From an uncultured delta proteobacterium (lineage in GTDB: Bacteria; Desulfobacterota; Desulfuromonadia; Desulfuromonadales; JACZKF01), in NCBI GenBank assembly GCA_963816395.1, contig CAWFKQ010000015.1, positions 20,322 through 84,321 of the forward strand: a stretch of 64,000 bases of DNA, read 5' to 3'. This document shows, in pieces, positions 63,867-64,000 of the stretch. The position numbers were made by a program, and so were the translations under genes. The notes under the pieces are model-generated. The model was not told the origin of the DNA, did not search any database, and was given only the letters and a program-made list of their open reading frames with translations. Position 1 is the first letter of the stretch. Each line of letters starts with the position of its first letter.

Positions 63867-64000
63867 TTACCCGTCCTTGCCCCGACCTCGCAGAAAAAAG
63901 AGGCAGACGGCCAGGATCAGCACCAGCGGGATGGCGATGATCACGACTTTGATCAGCTCCACCCGGGCGGCATAATACGCCTCCTGCACGGTGAAGCTGG
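63867..64000 (-). CDS. C-terminus of an unidentified membrane protein (truncated by window edge)
   Basis: SFTVQEAYYAARVELIKVVIIAIPLVLILAVCLFF; coding-like codon usage; exact stop uncertain. Confidence 0.5.
   Translation of the reverse strand, partial: SFTVQEAYYAARVELIKVVIIAIPLVLILAVCLFFLRGRGKDG

Overview
A 64 kb GC-rich bacterial chromosomal segment. Gene content and intergenic repeat families suggest Desulfuromonadia (Desulfuromonas/Geobacter relatives); this is inference, not a database result. About 20 otherwise intact genes carry single-base frameshifts, which most likely reflect uncorrected long-read indels, so many ORF-track entries are fragments or antisense shadows. Contents in order: (i) general-stress/carbohydrate genes (Zn dehydrogenase, PAS histidine kinase, GT4 plus amylo-alpha-1,6-glucosidase, three PRC-barrel genes, hemerythrin-like, PAP2, site-2 protease-CBS, RelA/SpoT-TPR); (ii) an approximately 8 kb defence island (13.8-22 kb) with a Type III-like mod/res pair and an ABC-ATPase plus putative nuclease pair nested between them; (iii) an arcE-like gene, carbamate kinase and an ornithine cyclodeaminase-like gene, separated by a glycoside hydrolase and three tandem PIN toxin-antitoxin operons; (iv) a second GT4/glucosidase/PfkB set and a feoA-feoA-feoB operon with an OprB porin; (v) egtD plus a molybdopterin-oxidoreductase/cysteine-desulfurase fusion (anaerobic ergothioneine route); (vi) a TsdA-like cytochrome, PfpI, mgtE and aroE-aroK. 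The most striking observation is inside mod: a four-helix-bundle (23S rRNA IVP family) gene flanked by inverted heptamer-repeat arms splits the methyltransferase, with stop/start overlaps at both junctions, and cargo-less heptamer-repeat arrays occur at several other intergenic sites. No rRNA, tRNA, CRISPR array, integrase or transposase was recognised.
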